40,438 bases of DNA from a virus (IMGVR_UViG_3300022936_000006:1-40438), one strand, 5' to 3'; positions 8,804 to 17,464 are shown, counted from the stretch's first letter. Made by a program: numbers and translations. Notes: a model not told the origin generated them from the letters alone.

Positions 8804-9885
8804 TACAATAATGTTTTAGAATCCTGAATAATAATTTTTTTAACCAATGCCATAGCTTCATCAACCCGAAGCTTCATAGCCTTACCTTGATCACTTTGCA
8901 AATCTGGAAACTCTAAACGTAAAGCCTCGAATTTAGCAAAGTAGGCTTTCACCTTTTCTTTGTCCGGAGCAAGTAAAGCAGCTTTCTCTTTGGCTATTTT
9001 TTCGGCTTCTTCTGCTTCAATTCTGGCTTTATCCTGCTCAATAGATAACTGTTCGGCTTCTTGTTTGGCTTTTAGTTCATTTGCTATACGGATGTTTTCG
9101 GCTTGAATTGCCGCTAATTTATCGGACTCAATCTTTGCTAACCTGGCAGCTTCCTGATCTTTTTTATCCTGCTCAATTTTAGCCATCCTATTTGCTTCCG
9201 CTTGCTTTTCCTGCTCCGCTTTCAGTTTTTCATTCTCTAACCGGATTCGCTCGTTTTCTTCTGCTTGTTTCCGTTCAGCCTCCAATCGCTCTGACTCTGC
9301 TTTTTTTTCTGCCTTAATTCGGGCCAATTCAGCAGCTTTTTCTTGCTCAATTTTTGTGTTAAAAGCTAGCTTTTCATTCTCTAAATACTTAGCAAATGAT
9401 TCTTCATCCATAGCCCGTAAGTCAACAAACTGGTTAATTTCTCCGTACGGCTCAAGTAATGCAACTCGTTCCGTATACAGCACTTCTTTTTTAGCGGCTT
9501 CAATACGCTCCTGATGTTTTTCTACTGCTGTAAATTCCGCCTCTGTTAACAGGCATGTGTTTTTTACAACGTTAAAAAGATCCTGTATTAAATTCCCTTC
9601 CACCAAAATGATAGCCTTTAAATCATCTTTGATTGTTTCGGCGCCAGTTCTGATTTTAACCATTTTTAAACGAGCTTCACGAGCCTTTTTACTGTCCTCT
9701 GCTGTTGGACTAACTTTATCCAAATCAGATAGCACAGCAGCCAATTCGTGGTACTGATTCATTGATGGAGCAAACGCAACCGCATGTTGTTGTGCTTTTG
9801 ATAATTCGATTTTACTTTTTGAAACAACCTCTGTAAATTCTGGTTGCTCGATTACTGATAATTCTTGTGTTTTAACTTTTGCCAT
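8803..9885 (-). CDS. Coiled-coil protein of the recombination module
   Basis: Long E/K/A/R-rich helical region; AREARLKMVKIRT and APDKEK motifs. Confidence 0.7.
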   Translation of the reverse strand: MAKVKTQELSVIEQPEFTEVVSKSKIELSKAQQHAVAFAPSMNQYHELAAVLSDLDKVSPTAEDSKKAREARLKMVKIRTGAETIKDDLKAIILVEGNLIQDLFNVVKNTCLLTEAEFTAVEKHQERIEAAKKEVLYTERVALLEPYGEINQFVDLRAMDEESFAKYLENEKLAFNTKIEQEKAAELARIKAEKKAESERLEAERKQAEENERIRLENEKLKAEQEKQAEANRMAKIEQDKKDQEAARLAKIESDKLAAIQAENIRIANELKAKQEAEQLSIEQDKARIEAEEAEKIAKEKAALLAPDKEKVKAYFAKFEALRLEFPDLQSDQGKAMKLRVDEAMALVKKIIIQDSKTLL

Positions 9886-9989
9886 TTTATTTTTTTAAAA
9901 AAACCCGCTTCAAATTTCCCAGGCACTACACTGGTTATTATTCACGGGCATTGAAATTAGGTTAACAAGGTAGTGCGCTTGTTTGTGGT
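9886..9989 (-). ncRNA. Structured 5' leader with complementary loops plus a U-tract (element B)
   Basis: AACAAG[CGCACUAC]CUUGUU; CCAG[UGUAGUGC]CUGG on top of a GCCCG/CGGGU stem followed by a U-tract; linker CUAAUUUCAA identical to element A. Confidence 0.6.
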
Positions 9990-9994
9990 GCAAT

Positions 9995-10858
9995 TTAGGT
10001 ATTCTTTTCCTGCCTGAATGTAACATTGTAGTGATGCAATATATCTTCTAAATCTGATGGGTAAAGTACCGTTTGTACATCATTCAAACGCATAATTGTT
10101 ATGGTATCCTGTCTTATTATTACTGTTTTTCCTCCCCACAATGATTTGGTTATTTCTACAGGCTTATTCTGTTCATCTATCCATTTAAGGGCGGCTTCTT
10201 TTGAATGGAAAGCTTTGGATTTATCTATAGACTCACGTTCCATGCATGTATATGTAACATCGGCCTGTAATTGGAATGGATCTTCTAAGTACCATTCCCC
10301 TCTATTTTGACCACCTAGATATTTTCGGTACACTGGCGTAATAAAATCACCAACATAAAGCGGTACGCCGTCCTCTGACTTCATGACGAATACCGGAACA
10401 GGAATATTGCATTCGGCAGCGAAATCTGAGAAGGGAACTATTTTATAGCCAGCCCCATTAAATGAATGCTGAAATTTGTCATGATACTTTATTGCATTTG
10501 GTAGCGGAAAATAAACACCCCTTCTGTTTACAGCATCAACTCCCGATGACCACACCCACCCCTTACCCTTGTAATGCCCCATGAGCAATTTAAACTCCCT
10601 TTCATTATTCACCTGAATAGCAACCTTACCATCAAGCAACCCGGTTTTTTCGGGTTCGGCTGGTATTATTTCCCCCCATTTTTCTACTGACGCTCTATAT
10701 ATACAAAAACCAGTAGGTGATTCTGCCACTGAATCACACCCATCAATAAAAAACTTACCCGTACTAACGGCAGTTTCATTTGGACTCAATACACTGTGGT
10801 ATTTTGTCCCCGCAGGATAATCCCGCATTGCTTTTTCTAATAGTTGGTACTTTTTCAT
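9995..10858 (-). CDS. Hypothetical modular phage protein (start revised to MKKYQLL at 10858)
   Basis: ORF track; the upstream extension is occupied by another small ORF. Confidence 0.7.
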   Translation of the reverse strand: MKKYQLLEKAMRDYPAGTKYHSVLSPNETAVSTGKFFIDGCDSVAESPTGFCIYRASVEKWGEIIPAEPEKTGLLDGKVAIQVNNEREFKLLMGHYKGKGWVWSSGVDAVNRRGVYFPLPNAIKYHDKFQHSFNGAGYKIVPFSDFAAECNIPVPVFVMKSEDGVPLYVGDFITPVYRKYLGGQNRGEWYLEDPFQLQADVTYTCMERESIDKSKAFHSKEAALKWIDEQNKPVEITKSLWGGKTVIIRQDTITIMRLNDVQTVLYPSDLEDILHHYNVTFRQEKNT

Positions 10859-10863
10859 CTTTT

Positions 10864-11001
10864 CTAAAACCAAATTGTTTTCACTGTTAAAATTAATAGG
10901 CAAATTAAAACCACTACCGCCCATATAAGGACGATATTTAACGGCTGGCTGCCCGGCTTATCCTCGTGCATGTATAAGCCTTTAAGGTGTTTGTTTTTCA
11001 T
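10864..11001 (-). CDS. Small single-TM protein (45 aa)
   Basis: MKNKHLKGLYMHEDKPGSQPLNIVLIWAVVVLICLLILTVKTIWF, manual translation. Confidence 0.6.
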   Translation of the reverse strand: MKNKHLKGLYMHEDKPGSQPLNIVLIWAVVVLICLLILTVKTIWF

Positions 11002-11404
11002 CCTGCAAAGTGTTAATGTCAATAGCTAAACCGGCGTCTATGAGTCCGAAAATATCGTAAAGATTCGATAGTAAATAAACCATGTGCCCGTATGGAATAT
11101 CATTGACTACATACTCGCGGCCGTACAGTTCGACTAATCCAGCAAACTCATAAGTTAAATAATCTATATAGCACGCAAAACCTGCATCTTCGAGAATATC
11201 TCGGGTCAAATCACTTAAAGGCCGTAGGATTGGTTTGCACCTATCCAATGTCATACAATCGTTAACACCTATAGGTGAACCAACTAAATGTTTTATAGTT
11301 CCCAAAGTATCAACTTCGGTTGTATTTTTTTCACCCCAAGAACACCATTGGTATTTCAACCCATAAGGCAAGTAAGGGGCAATATGTTTTAATTCTAATT
11401 TCAT
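10982..11404 (-). CDS. Conserved Bacteroidota-phage hypothetical protein
   Basis: LELKHIAPYLPYGLK..KPILRPLSDL..DIFGLIDAGLAIDIN pattern. Confidence 0.75.
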   Translation of the reverse strand: MKLELKHIAPYLPYGLKYQWCSWGEKNTTEVDTLGTIKHLVGSPIGVNDCMTLDRCKPILRPLSDLTRDILEDAGFACYIDYLTYEFAGLVELYGREYVVNDIPYGHMVYLLSNLYDIFGLIDAGLAIDINTLQDEKQTP

Positions 11405-11406
11405 CC

Positions 11407-11604
11407 CTAAACCTCCCCGTTAGCTAACATGAAATCCTGAACGTCTTTGAGAACTAGGTACTCCGCCCATGCTTTATCCTCAATTCGCTTTGCTTCTGAC
11501 CAATCCCAATTCGTAGCATCGTTCTTCTTTGTCTCCCTTGATAGTTCAACTGCGGTTAATAAGGTATTTATCCGCGCTGTTATGTAATCGTATGTCTTAC
11601 TCAT
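11407..11604 (-). CDS. Hypothetical protein
   Basis: 65-aa ORF in the operon. Confidence 0.65.
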   Translation of the reverse strand: MSKTYDYITARINTLLTAVELSRETKKNDATNWDWSEAKRIEDKAWAEYLVLKDVQDFMLANGEV

Positions 11605-11605
11605 C

Positions 11606-11836
11606 TTATTTCTGAATTACGTTATAAAAATAATATTCTGCACACTTATCGAAATTGTCGTCGAAATAAGTGTTAATGTCAACCGCTGGAATTTCCGCAC
11701 CAGAATGGTCTTTCTTGTTCAGGCCTGCAGATTCGCAGTATTCCTTGATCTCTTTAACGGTTGCGCTAAATGTTCCGGCCGTAGTTTCAAATCCTACCTG
11801 ACCTTTGTATTCCCACCAAGTTTCCTCTAGTTGCAT
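11606..11836 (-). CDS. Hypothetical acidic protein
   Basis: 76-aa ORF in the operon. Confidence 0.65.
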   Translation of the reverse strand: MQLEETWWEYKGQVGFETTAGTFSATVKEIKEYCESAGLNKKDHSGAEIPAVDINTYFDDNFDKCAEYYFYNVIQK

Positions 11837-11916
11837 TTGTTCTGAATATAGAAGTTAACAACCCATCCAATTAAGATTACACATGCTGCCGCAAATACAT
11901 ATACTATTGTTTCCAT
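11827..11916 (-). CDS. Small hydrophobic peptide (29 aa), first gene of the leftward operon
   Basis: METIVYVFAAACVILIGWVVNFYIQNKCN; A-rich start context. Confidence 0.55.
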   Translation of the reverse strand: METIVYVFAAACVILIGWVVNFYIQNKCN

Positions 11917-11973
11917 TTTTCAAATGCCGTTTATTATCGACAGGACAAAGGTGATGAATGTATTTGACAGTTG

Positions 11974-12043
11974 CAAATTTATTTTAATAAAAATATTAAT
12001 TAAATATTTTGTTAGGTTCTTATGTAAATAATATCTATGTTTG
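11974..12043. promoter_or_regulatory. Divergent early promoter region with central inverted repeat
   Basis: Leftward TAAATTTG (11981-11974), rightward TATGTTTG (12036-12043), and AAAATATT-N5-AATATTTT at 11990-12010; gene strand switches here. Confidence 0.75.
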
Positions 12044-12047
12044 TGGC

Positions 12048-12221
12048 ATGAGTTTAACACAGGCAAAACAAAAAGTAAAAGACAGGCGTGATTACGTATA
12101 CAAGGCATACGTTAACAAGCCTGCAGATTTAGCGGTAACAACTTTGGTTAATACGCTATCAAAAAAATACAAAGTTTCAACAGTTACCATATTTGGCGAC
12201 ATAAAAAAAATGAAGGGGTAA
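12048..12221 (+). CDS. Small HTH regulator in a Cro-like position (start revised to ATG 12048)
   Basis: LSKKYKVSTVTIFGDIK helix-turn-helix pattern; first gene of the rightward operon. Confidence 0.7.
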   Translation: MSLTQAKQKVKDRRDYVYKAYVNKPADLAVTTLVNTLSKKYKVSTVTIFGDIKKMKG

Positions 12222-12224
12222 GTT

Positions 12225-12296
12225 ATGAAACATCTATTATTGCTACTCCCCTTCCTAACCGCAGCGTATTGGCTGTTTAATTATATTAATGTATAA
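12225..12296 (+). CDS. Small hydrophobic peptide (23 aa)
   Basis: MKHLLLLLPFLTAAYWLFNYINV directly after the HTH gene. Confidence 0.45.
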   Translation: MKHLLLLLPFLTAAYWLFNYINV

Positions 12297-12315
12297 CCCA
12301 CCTAAACAATAAGCA

Positions 12316-12549
12316 ATGAAAACAATTAAACTAGGAGATGTAATGCCAGACCCCTGTAAGAAATGCGGGTTAAAATATGGGTACCAAGTGACGGATAATG
12401 TCCGAGGAGGATATACCATTATGTATACCGGAGATGGAGATGTAGATGGTGGTGCCTATACTGATTCTATGTACACATCCAAATTTGGTACCAGAGCATA
12501 TTGCTCTAACTGTGGAAATGATTTAAAGCTTAAAGTTGACCGGACATGA
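12316..12549 (+). CDS. Zn-ribbon protein
   Basis: CKKCG...CSNCG. Confidence 0.7.
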   Translation: MKTIKLGDVMPDPCKKCGLKYGYQVTDNVRGGYTIMYTGDGDVDGGAYTDSMYTSKFGTRAYCSNCGNDLKLKVDRT

Positions 12550-12965
12550 CCGATTTCAAAACAATAGAACCAAAGCCAGGGGTTAAGCTGTTGGCAGTTA
12601 AGGTGCCGGAGAATAGCCGAAACTTTGGCACCGACAATTCATATCAGACCAGAACCAGAATAATGTATTGGGACACTCTGAATGAATGGAACTCATCTTT
12701 CTTTGTTGAGGGCAAACACACCTTATTAGGTATATCCACTGAACTAACAGAAGAGCAGTGCTTGGAAATTATGCCTGAATTTGAATGTCCAAATCAATGG
12801 TGTGAAAACGGATACATTGATCAAGGCTATAACCAAAAGTGGCGCTGTGACTATTGCCAACAAGAGGAAGACGATGAATCTGGATATAGGGACAGGTTAG
12901 CCACCCTAATGCAGTCAGAGGGGTTGACAAACGGCAAATATTTAATTTTAAAAATAGTAGAGTAA
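12546..12965 (+). CDS. Hypothetical protein with Zn-finger insertion (paralogue of 13967-14362)
   Basis: LLAVKVP..ELTEEQ..CPNQWC..CDYC. Confidence 0.7.
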   Translation: MTDFKTIEPKPGVKLLAVKVPENSRNFGTDNSYQTRTRIMYWDTLNEWNSSFFVEGKHTLLGISTELTEEQCLEIMPEFECPNQWCENGYIDQGYNQKWRCDYCQQEEDDESGYRDRLATLMQSEGLTNGKYLILKIVE

Positions 12966-13126
12966 TGGAAGAACATAAATTAAGAATACCTAAAAACTAC
13001 GAGGTAGATGTTGAGAAATTAAAGACATTTGAAGATGTATTATCTATTCTGTCCTGCTTCAAAATATATGTGTCGGATTCAGAACCAAACTTCGAAAAAG
13101 TAAAACCATTTTTAAAGGAGGCATAA
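12965..13126 (+). CDS. Small hypothetical protein (53 aa)
   Basis: MEEHKLRIPKNYEVD...; TAATG coupling. Confidence 0.6.
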   Translation: MEEHKLRIPKNYEVDVEKLKTFEDVLSILSCFKIYVSDSEPNFEKVKPFLKEA

Positions 13127-13128
13127 CC

Positions 13129-13722
13129 ATGAGCAAAGAACAGAACAAAAGCGCAGCTACTAAAGAATGTAGAGTTGTAAAAATACTATCTAATAGAGAT
13201 CAAAATTCTTACGTATTAAATAACAATACAGAAGCATGGGAATGTGATTGGAGTCACCCCGCATATTATCATGTTGATCCAACAGACAAACAACATATTA
13301 TTACTAAAGACACGTTTAAACCAAATCCAAAGTTTTGCTGGAAGATATTAGCCTCAACCGATACAAAACTGGGATTACCCCTTATTCCGAATGACTACCA
13401 AAAAGATACGCTGACGATTGTCTACGAACCCATAAAATGGGATATGAATACTAATCCCTCTTTAGTTGGGCAACTAGCCATCAAAGTCGATCATGAAAAT
13501 TTAGTTGTTAGTCATACTCCGCAATCCAGCCTATTCTCATTGGAAGCAGAGAATAAGGCGCTTAGGGAGGCTCTGACTATAATCGCTAATCCGCTTAAAT
13601 TTCTTCAAGAAAGGGCAAGGTATGAGAATTACACGTTAAACGGCGTAAATGCGTCAAAAATAGCCAACAGTGCCGAATATTTAAAATCAATAGCAGAACA
13701 AGCACTTAAACAGAAACCATGA
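13129..13722 (+). CDS. Hypothetical protein
   Basis: KILASTD..LGLPLIP motif and C-terminal helical segment. Confidence 0.7.
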   Translation: MSKEQNKSAATKECRVVKILSNRDQNSYVLNNNTEAWECDWSHPAYYHVDPTDKQHIITKDTFKPNPKFCWKILASTDTKLGLPLIPNDYQKDTLTIVYEPIKWDMNTNPSLVGQLAIKVDHENLVVSHTPQSSLFSLEAENKALREALTIIANPLKFLQERARYENYTLNGVNASKIANSAEYLKSIAEQALKQKP

Positions 13723-13970
13723 GAAAATTAACAAAAGCTCAAGCTCATATAGTTTCTCTTTTGATAGATGATCCCGATTTGATCATTATGCCAACTTCAT
13801 ATGGAGCGCATCAAGCAAGCATGATAGACCCTACAGGTAAACACAATGAGTTTGGTAGCACATATGTTCAATCATTCTACCAAAGCACATTTGAAATATT
13901 AATTGCTACAGGCATGTTTACAGAGATAAAAAAGGGTCAATTTAAGTTAACTCAAAATATTAAGCCATGA
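13719..13970 (+). CDS. Hypothetical protein
   Basis: ATGA-coupled ORF. Confidence 0.65.
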   Translation: MRKLTKAQAHIVSLLIDDPDLIIMPTSYGAHQASMIDPTGKHNEFGSTYVQSFYQSTFEILIATGMFTEIKKGQFKLTQNIKP

Positions 13971-14362
13971 CCGACCAAATGCAATTTGAAACCAACGGGG
14001 TTGCCGTGTTAGTGGTGACGGTACCTAGTGATTCCTATGATTTTAAAATGCAGGAGTCACAACACCTTTACCCGGGAGAATTTGTACTTACCTATAAATG
14101 TCCTACTACATGGGATGCATATAAAAAGGAATCTTGGAATTGGTCAGTAAGAGGTGATTGGTCTATCCATGCAGTTACACCAGAGATCACAGAAGAGCAA
14201 GCCAAGGTGTTGGTTAGGTTGTTGCCTTGGGGAGCTTATAAAGACTATGAAACACCTCTTAATTGGCATAGTAGCGCAGTAAGATCGCTTCATTCCCTTC
14301 TCCGCTCCTACGGCATAGACCCTAAACAGAAGAATGTATTACTAATTAACCGAAAGAAATGA
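13967..14362 (+). CDS. Hypothetical protein (paralogue of 12546-12965)
   Basis: VLVVTVP..EITEEQA..SLHSLLRSYGI. Confidence 0.7.
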   Translation: MTDQMQFETNGVAVLVVTVPSDSYDFKMQESQHLYPGEFVLTYKCPTTWDAYKKESWNWSVRGDWSIHAVTPEITEEQAKVLVRLLPWGAYKDYETPLNWHSSAVRSLHSLLRSYGIDPKQKNVLLINRKK

Positions 14363-14363
14363 T

Positions 14364-14774
14364 ATGGCAACAAGAGCAGATTTTTACATAAGAAAAAACG
14401 GAGAACTTGAATTTTTAGGTTCCACATCAAACGATTACTACGGTGATTTTGAGAAGTCAAGAACTGAAAAGCATTTTAGACAATCCGTAAATGATTTATT
14501 AGCAGGTAATCAATCCTTACAAGGTAAATGGTATTGGCCATGGAAAACATCATTCATTACTGATGAAGTATTTATTTTCGATGTTAGACCTCAAATTTTC
14601 AATAAACAGGCGGGCATACTATTAGCTAAGGTTCATACAGAAAAAGAGCGTAAAGAGCCTATCCTTGCTTTTTTGCAATATGATAAACGGTACAGCGACA
14701 AATATAGTAATGGAGAAGGCGACCATTACTCAAAACATTGTGAATTTATTGAAATGCCAGTAATTGGTAGTTAA
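14364..14774 (+). CDS. Hypothetical protein
   Basis: MATRADFY..EFLGS..WYWPWKTS motif. Confidence 0.7.
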   Translation: MATRADFYIRKNGELEFLGSTSNDYYGDFEKSRTEKHFRQSVNDLLAGNQSLQGKWYWPWKTSFITDEVFIFDVRPQIFNKQAGILLAKVHTEKERKEPILAFLQYDKRYSDKYSNGEGDHYSKHCEFIEMPVIGS

Positions 14775-14816
14775 CCCCCATCCTATAAACGGGAACTTAA
14801 AACAAGATTGAAAAAT

Positions 14817-15002
14817 ATGGAAAAGTTAAACTGGCAATTATGCCCAAAATGCAATGGCGAAGGATGGGTTATGTTCTATAGATATATTAACTCTACAAAC
14901 GCAAATCCAAAAGTAACATGCAACTTATGTAATGGTTATAAAATCATTTCAACAGAAACAGGATTGCCTCCCAACACATTTACACAAAATCCACAACCAT
15001 GA
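14817..15002 (+). CDS. Zn-finger protein (DnaJ-type CxxCxGxG)
   Basis: CPKCNGEG...CNLCNG. Confidence 0.65.
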   Translation: MEKLNWQLCPKCNGEGWVMFYRYINSTNANPKVTCNLCNGYKIISTETGLPPNTFTQNPQP

Positions 15003-15448
15003 AAGAAAATAAACCAGAATACCAGACAGAAGCCGACTTCATAGATTCTCTTGACATTAGAGAAGTGTATAGGCTTACGGATTCAAGAGAGAAGCCCTAC
15101 GAACTCCTTTCAAAATACAAACAGCACCTGATTGATAACGCCCCGAGTAAATGGATAAGCATAGATGACAGGCTGCCGGTTAACGGAAGTTGGATACTAT
15201 CGTTTGATGAAGAAAGAGGCAGACATATATCATGGTTTGATAAAACTAATGGATGGAAGGACAGAAGTAACAAGAAGTTAAATACAGTTACCCATTGGCA
15301 GCCTTTACCCGCTGCACCAGATCAATATCAATTAGAAGCCGTAGTTATCACTGATGAAGAAATGGAACACCTTTGGAATATTTGCCCGTACAATGATGCA
15401 AGGCAGTCTTACAAATGGATGCAGGAACAATTAAACCCGAAGCCATGA
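14999..15448 (+). CDS. DUF551-like domain protein
   Basis: KWISIDDRLP...VTHWQPLP. Confidence 0.75.
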   Translation: MKENKPEYQTEADFIDSLDIREVYRLTDSREKPYELLSKYKQHLIDNAPSKWISIDDRLPVNGSWILSFDEERGRHISWFDKTNGWKDRSNKKLNTVTHWQPLPAAPDQYQLEAVVITDEEMEHLWNICPYNDARQSYKWMQEQLNPKP

Positions 15449-15585
15449 CCAGAACGCAACGATTAAACCAGCACTGGCAGGCAGCACAGAGGATGATGCG
15501 AATTATAGCTTTAGATGCCGCGTTAACATTCCGATTTAAACCAGAAATACAGTCCAGTTTTTACAGTGAAAGATTTAAGAAATGA
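15445..15585 (+). CDS. Small hypothetical protein (46 aa)
   Basis: ATGA overlaps at both ends. Confidence 0.5.
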   Translation: MTRTQRLNQHWQAAQRMMRIIALDAALTFRFKPEIQSSFYSERFKK

Positions 15586-15962
15586 AACCAGAAGAATTAA
15601 GAAAAGGCAATATAATAAAGGTAATTGGCCGCAACCCTACAACGGTAGAAACAATTTCCAGCAGCGGCATTAATAAATGGCAAGATATGGGTATGAGCGG
15701 TGAAATTAAGTTTGAGGAACTAACAGGCATAGCTTTAACAGAGGCCTTATTAATAAAAATTGGTTTTGAAAAGCATACTATGTTGAAAAACCAATGGCTG
15801 ACATTCTATATCTCAAAAGAGGATGGTATAGGTTTGTTTTTAAGTATAAAAGATATGTTGATTTATTACTCAAATGATCCTATACATCATATAAAGTACG
15901 TACATCAGCTCCAAAATCTATATTTTTCTTTAACAGGGAAAGAACTAACAATTAAATTATGA
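15582..15962 (+). CDS. Conserved Bacteroidota-phage hypothetical protein
   Basis: ELRKGN..LTEALLIKIGF..YVHQLQNLYFSLTGKEL. Confidence 0.75.
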   Translation: MKPEELRKGNIIKVIGRNPTTVETISSSGINKWQDMGMSGEIKFEELTGIALTEALLIKIGFEKHTMLKNQWLTFYISKEDGIGLFLSIKDMLIYYSNDPIHHIKYVHQLQNLYFSLTGKELTIKL

Positions 15963-16129
15963 GAAAGTTTTGGCATTCAATTGGTTTCCATTCATGGGAT
16001 AATTTATGGGATATTTCTTATATTAAACAAGGTAGAATAAGAACATGTAAAATATGCGGAAAGAAGCAGTATTGCTGCGTCCGAGGAACAACGCAAAACT
16101 TAATATGGTATTGGGAAGATGTTAAATAA
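15959..16129 (+). CDS. Small Cys/His protein (56 aa)
   Basis: GFHSW...RTCKICGK; ATGA overlap. Confidence 0.55.
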   Translation: MRKFWHSIGFHSWDNLWDISYIKQGRIRTCKICGKKQYCCVRGTTQNLIWYWEDVK

Positions 16130-16156
16130 CAAACACAGAAAAAAAGGAGATAAAAA

Positions 16157-16453
16157 ATGCAGAACAGAGTAACAGTAGAACAAGTGTTAATGTGGTATAT
16201 TTATACCTCTACATTCACTATGATTTTAAATAAAATTATAGGTTCAGAAATGACAGCAAAATATATGTTATGGAAAGTCAGAAGAAAGTACAAAAGATAT
16301 AATTCTCAATGTGATTATTTCGATTGTAAGCAAATGATTATCACAAACAAAGTTCTTGAAGAAATTGGTAAAAGCATCAGCAACGATGAAAAAAAAACAA
16401 TTTTAGATATTCAGATTGAACGCTTATTTGATGATTTTAAAAATAGAAAGTAA
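16157..16453 (+). CDS. Hypothetical protein
   Basis: 98-aa ORF. Confidence 0.6.
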   Translation: MQNRVTVEQVLMWYIYTSTFTMILNKIIGSEMTAKYMLWKVRRKYKRYNSQCDYFDCKQMIITNKVLEEIGKSISNDEKKTILDIQIERLFDDFKNRK

Positions 16454-16662
16454 TGGTAATAGAAAATCTCTACAAACAATGGTGCAAGGAAACAAAACGA
16501 AGTGGAGGAATTTTAGTTGGCGGTTCAATTAATGAATTTTTCCGATGGGTAGATGTACAGGGTTATAAATTAACTCTTGATTATAGCAAAGTACTCATTT
16601 TACGCACAGATGAAGAAGTGAGAAACGCACAGGTCAACGGGTATACTTATTTAGTTCCATAG
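16453..16662 (+). CDS. Hypothetical protein
   Basis: 69-aa ORF; its 3' end overlaps the convergent spanin gene. Confidence 0.6.
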   Translation: MVIENLYKQWCKETKRSGGILVGGSINEFFRWVDVQGYKLTLDYSKVLILRTDEEVRNAQVNGYTYLVP

Positions 16663-17171
16663 ACGGACACTAACCTCTTAACCGCAGGCCAACCCCAAAT
16701 ACCAAACGCAATACCCAACACCAGCCCGATAACACTAAAACCATATCTTTCACTAGATGTGGTTTTTTTCTTTTCGTATGATGTTACCGTCCGTTTAGTA
16801 TCAATCATCCGCTCCATATTTACCAACCTATAACGGGTTTCATCAAATGTCCTATTTCGTGTCGAACTTGAGTTATCTGTACTCTTACTATTGAGCAATT
16901 CCTTTATCCTGGACCGCAAAGAACCGTTTTCATTAAACAATTCCGTTATCCTGTATTCTTGCTTTTCTTCTACCTTTTCAGTTTGGTCGGTTTGCGTGTC
17001 TGTGGCCTTAGTTGTAGCGCCGGACTGTTCATTTACCTGTTCTTTAATATTAACGTCCTGTGTGGCCTTATTTTCGGTTATTTCGGTAGCTACTTTACGA
17101 GTACCACAAGCCACTAAGGCAATGGCGCAGTACAGTGCAAGCAAGATTAGGCTATGTAGTAGGTTTTTCAT
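16647..17171 (-). CDS. Putative unimolecular spanin (lipoprotein with C-terminal TM)
   Basis: Lipobox ALVA-C, hydrophilic T/E/K-rich middle, C-terminal TM FSVIGLVLGIAFGIWGW; follows endolysin and holin. Confidence 0.7.
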   Translation of the reverse strand: MKNLLHSLILLALYCAIALVACGTRKVATEITENKATQDVNIKEQVNEQSGATTKATDTQTDQTEKVEEKQEYRITELFNENGSLRSRIKELLNSKSTDNSSSTRNRTFDETRYRLVNMERMIDTKRTVTSYEKKKTTSSERYGFSVIGLVLGIAFGIWGWPAVKRLVSVYGTK

Positions 17172-17463
17172 CAGTTGGGGCTTTTATCGGTTCTGTTGTA
17201 ATTGTTGTAGTATCCGGCGTTATTTCGGTTGTCGTTTTAACATCTTGCTTTTTAGCAATGTTGTTCGCAATGCTGCCAGTTAACAAGAACCCAACTGCAG
17301 ACATTATCAATGAGCCTTGTAAAAAACCCTGTGCGTTTGCTGCTTGTTCTCGCATGTAAACTGGAACCCCTAAGAACAGTAAAGCCATCATAGCTGCAAA
17401 ACTTACCGTAAATACGAATACGCAGAACCAAAATAGGTAAAGAAATTTATGTCTCTCATCCAT
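17152..17463 (-). CDS. Putative holin (2 TM)
   Basis: Two hydrophobic segments and a charged tail; lies between endolysin and spanin. Confidence 0.6.
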   Translation of the reverse strand: MDERHKFLYLFWFCVFVFTVSFAAMMALLFLGVPVYMREQAANAQGFLQGSLIMSAVGFLLTGSIANNIAKKQDVKTTTEITPDTTTITTEPIKAPTDEKPTT

Positions 17464-17464
17464 C

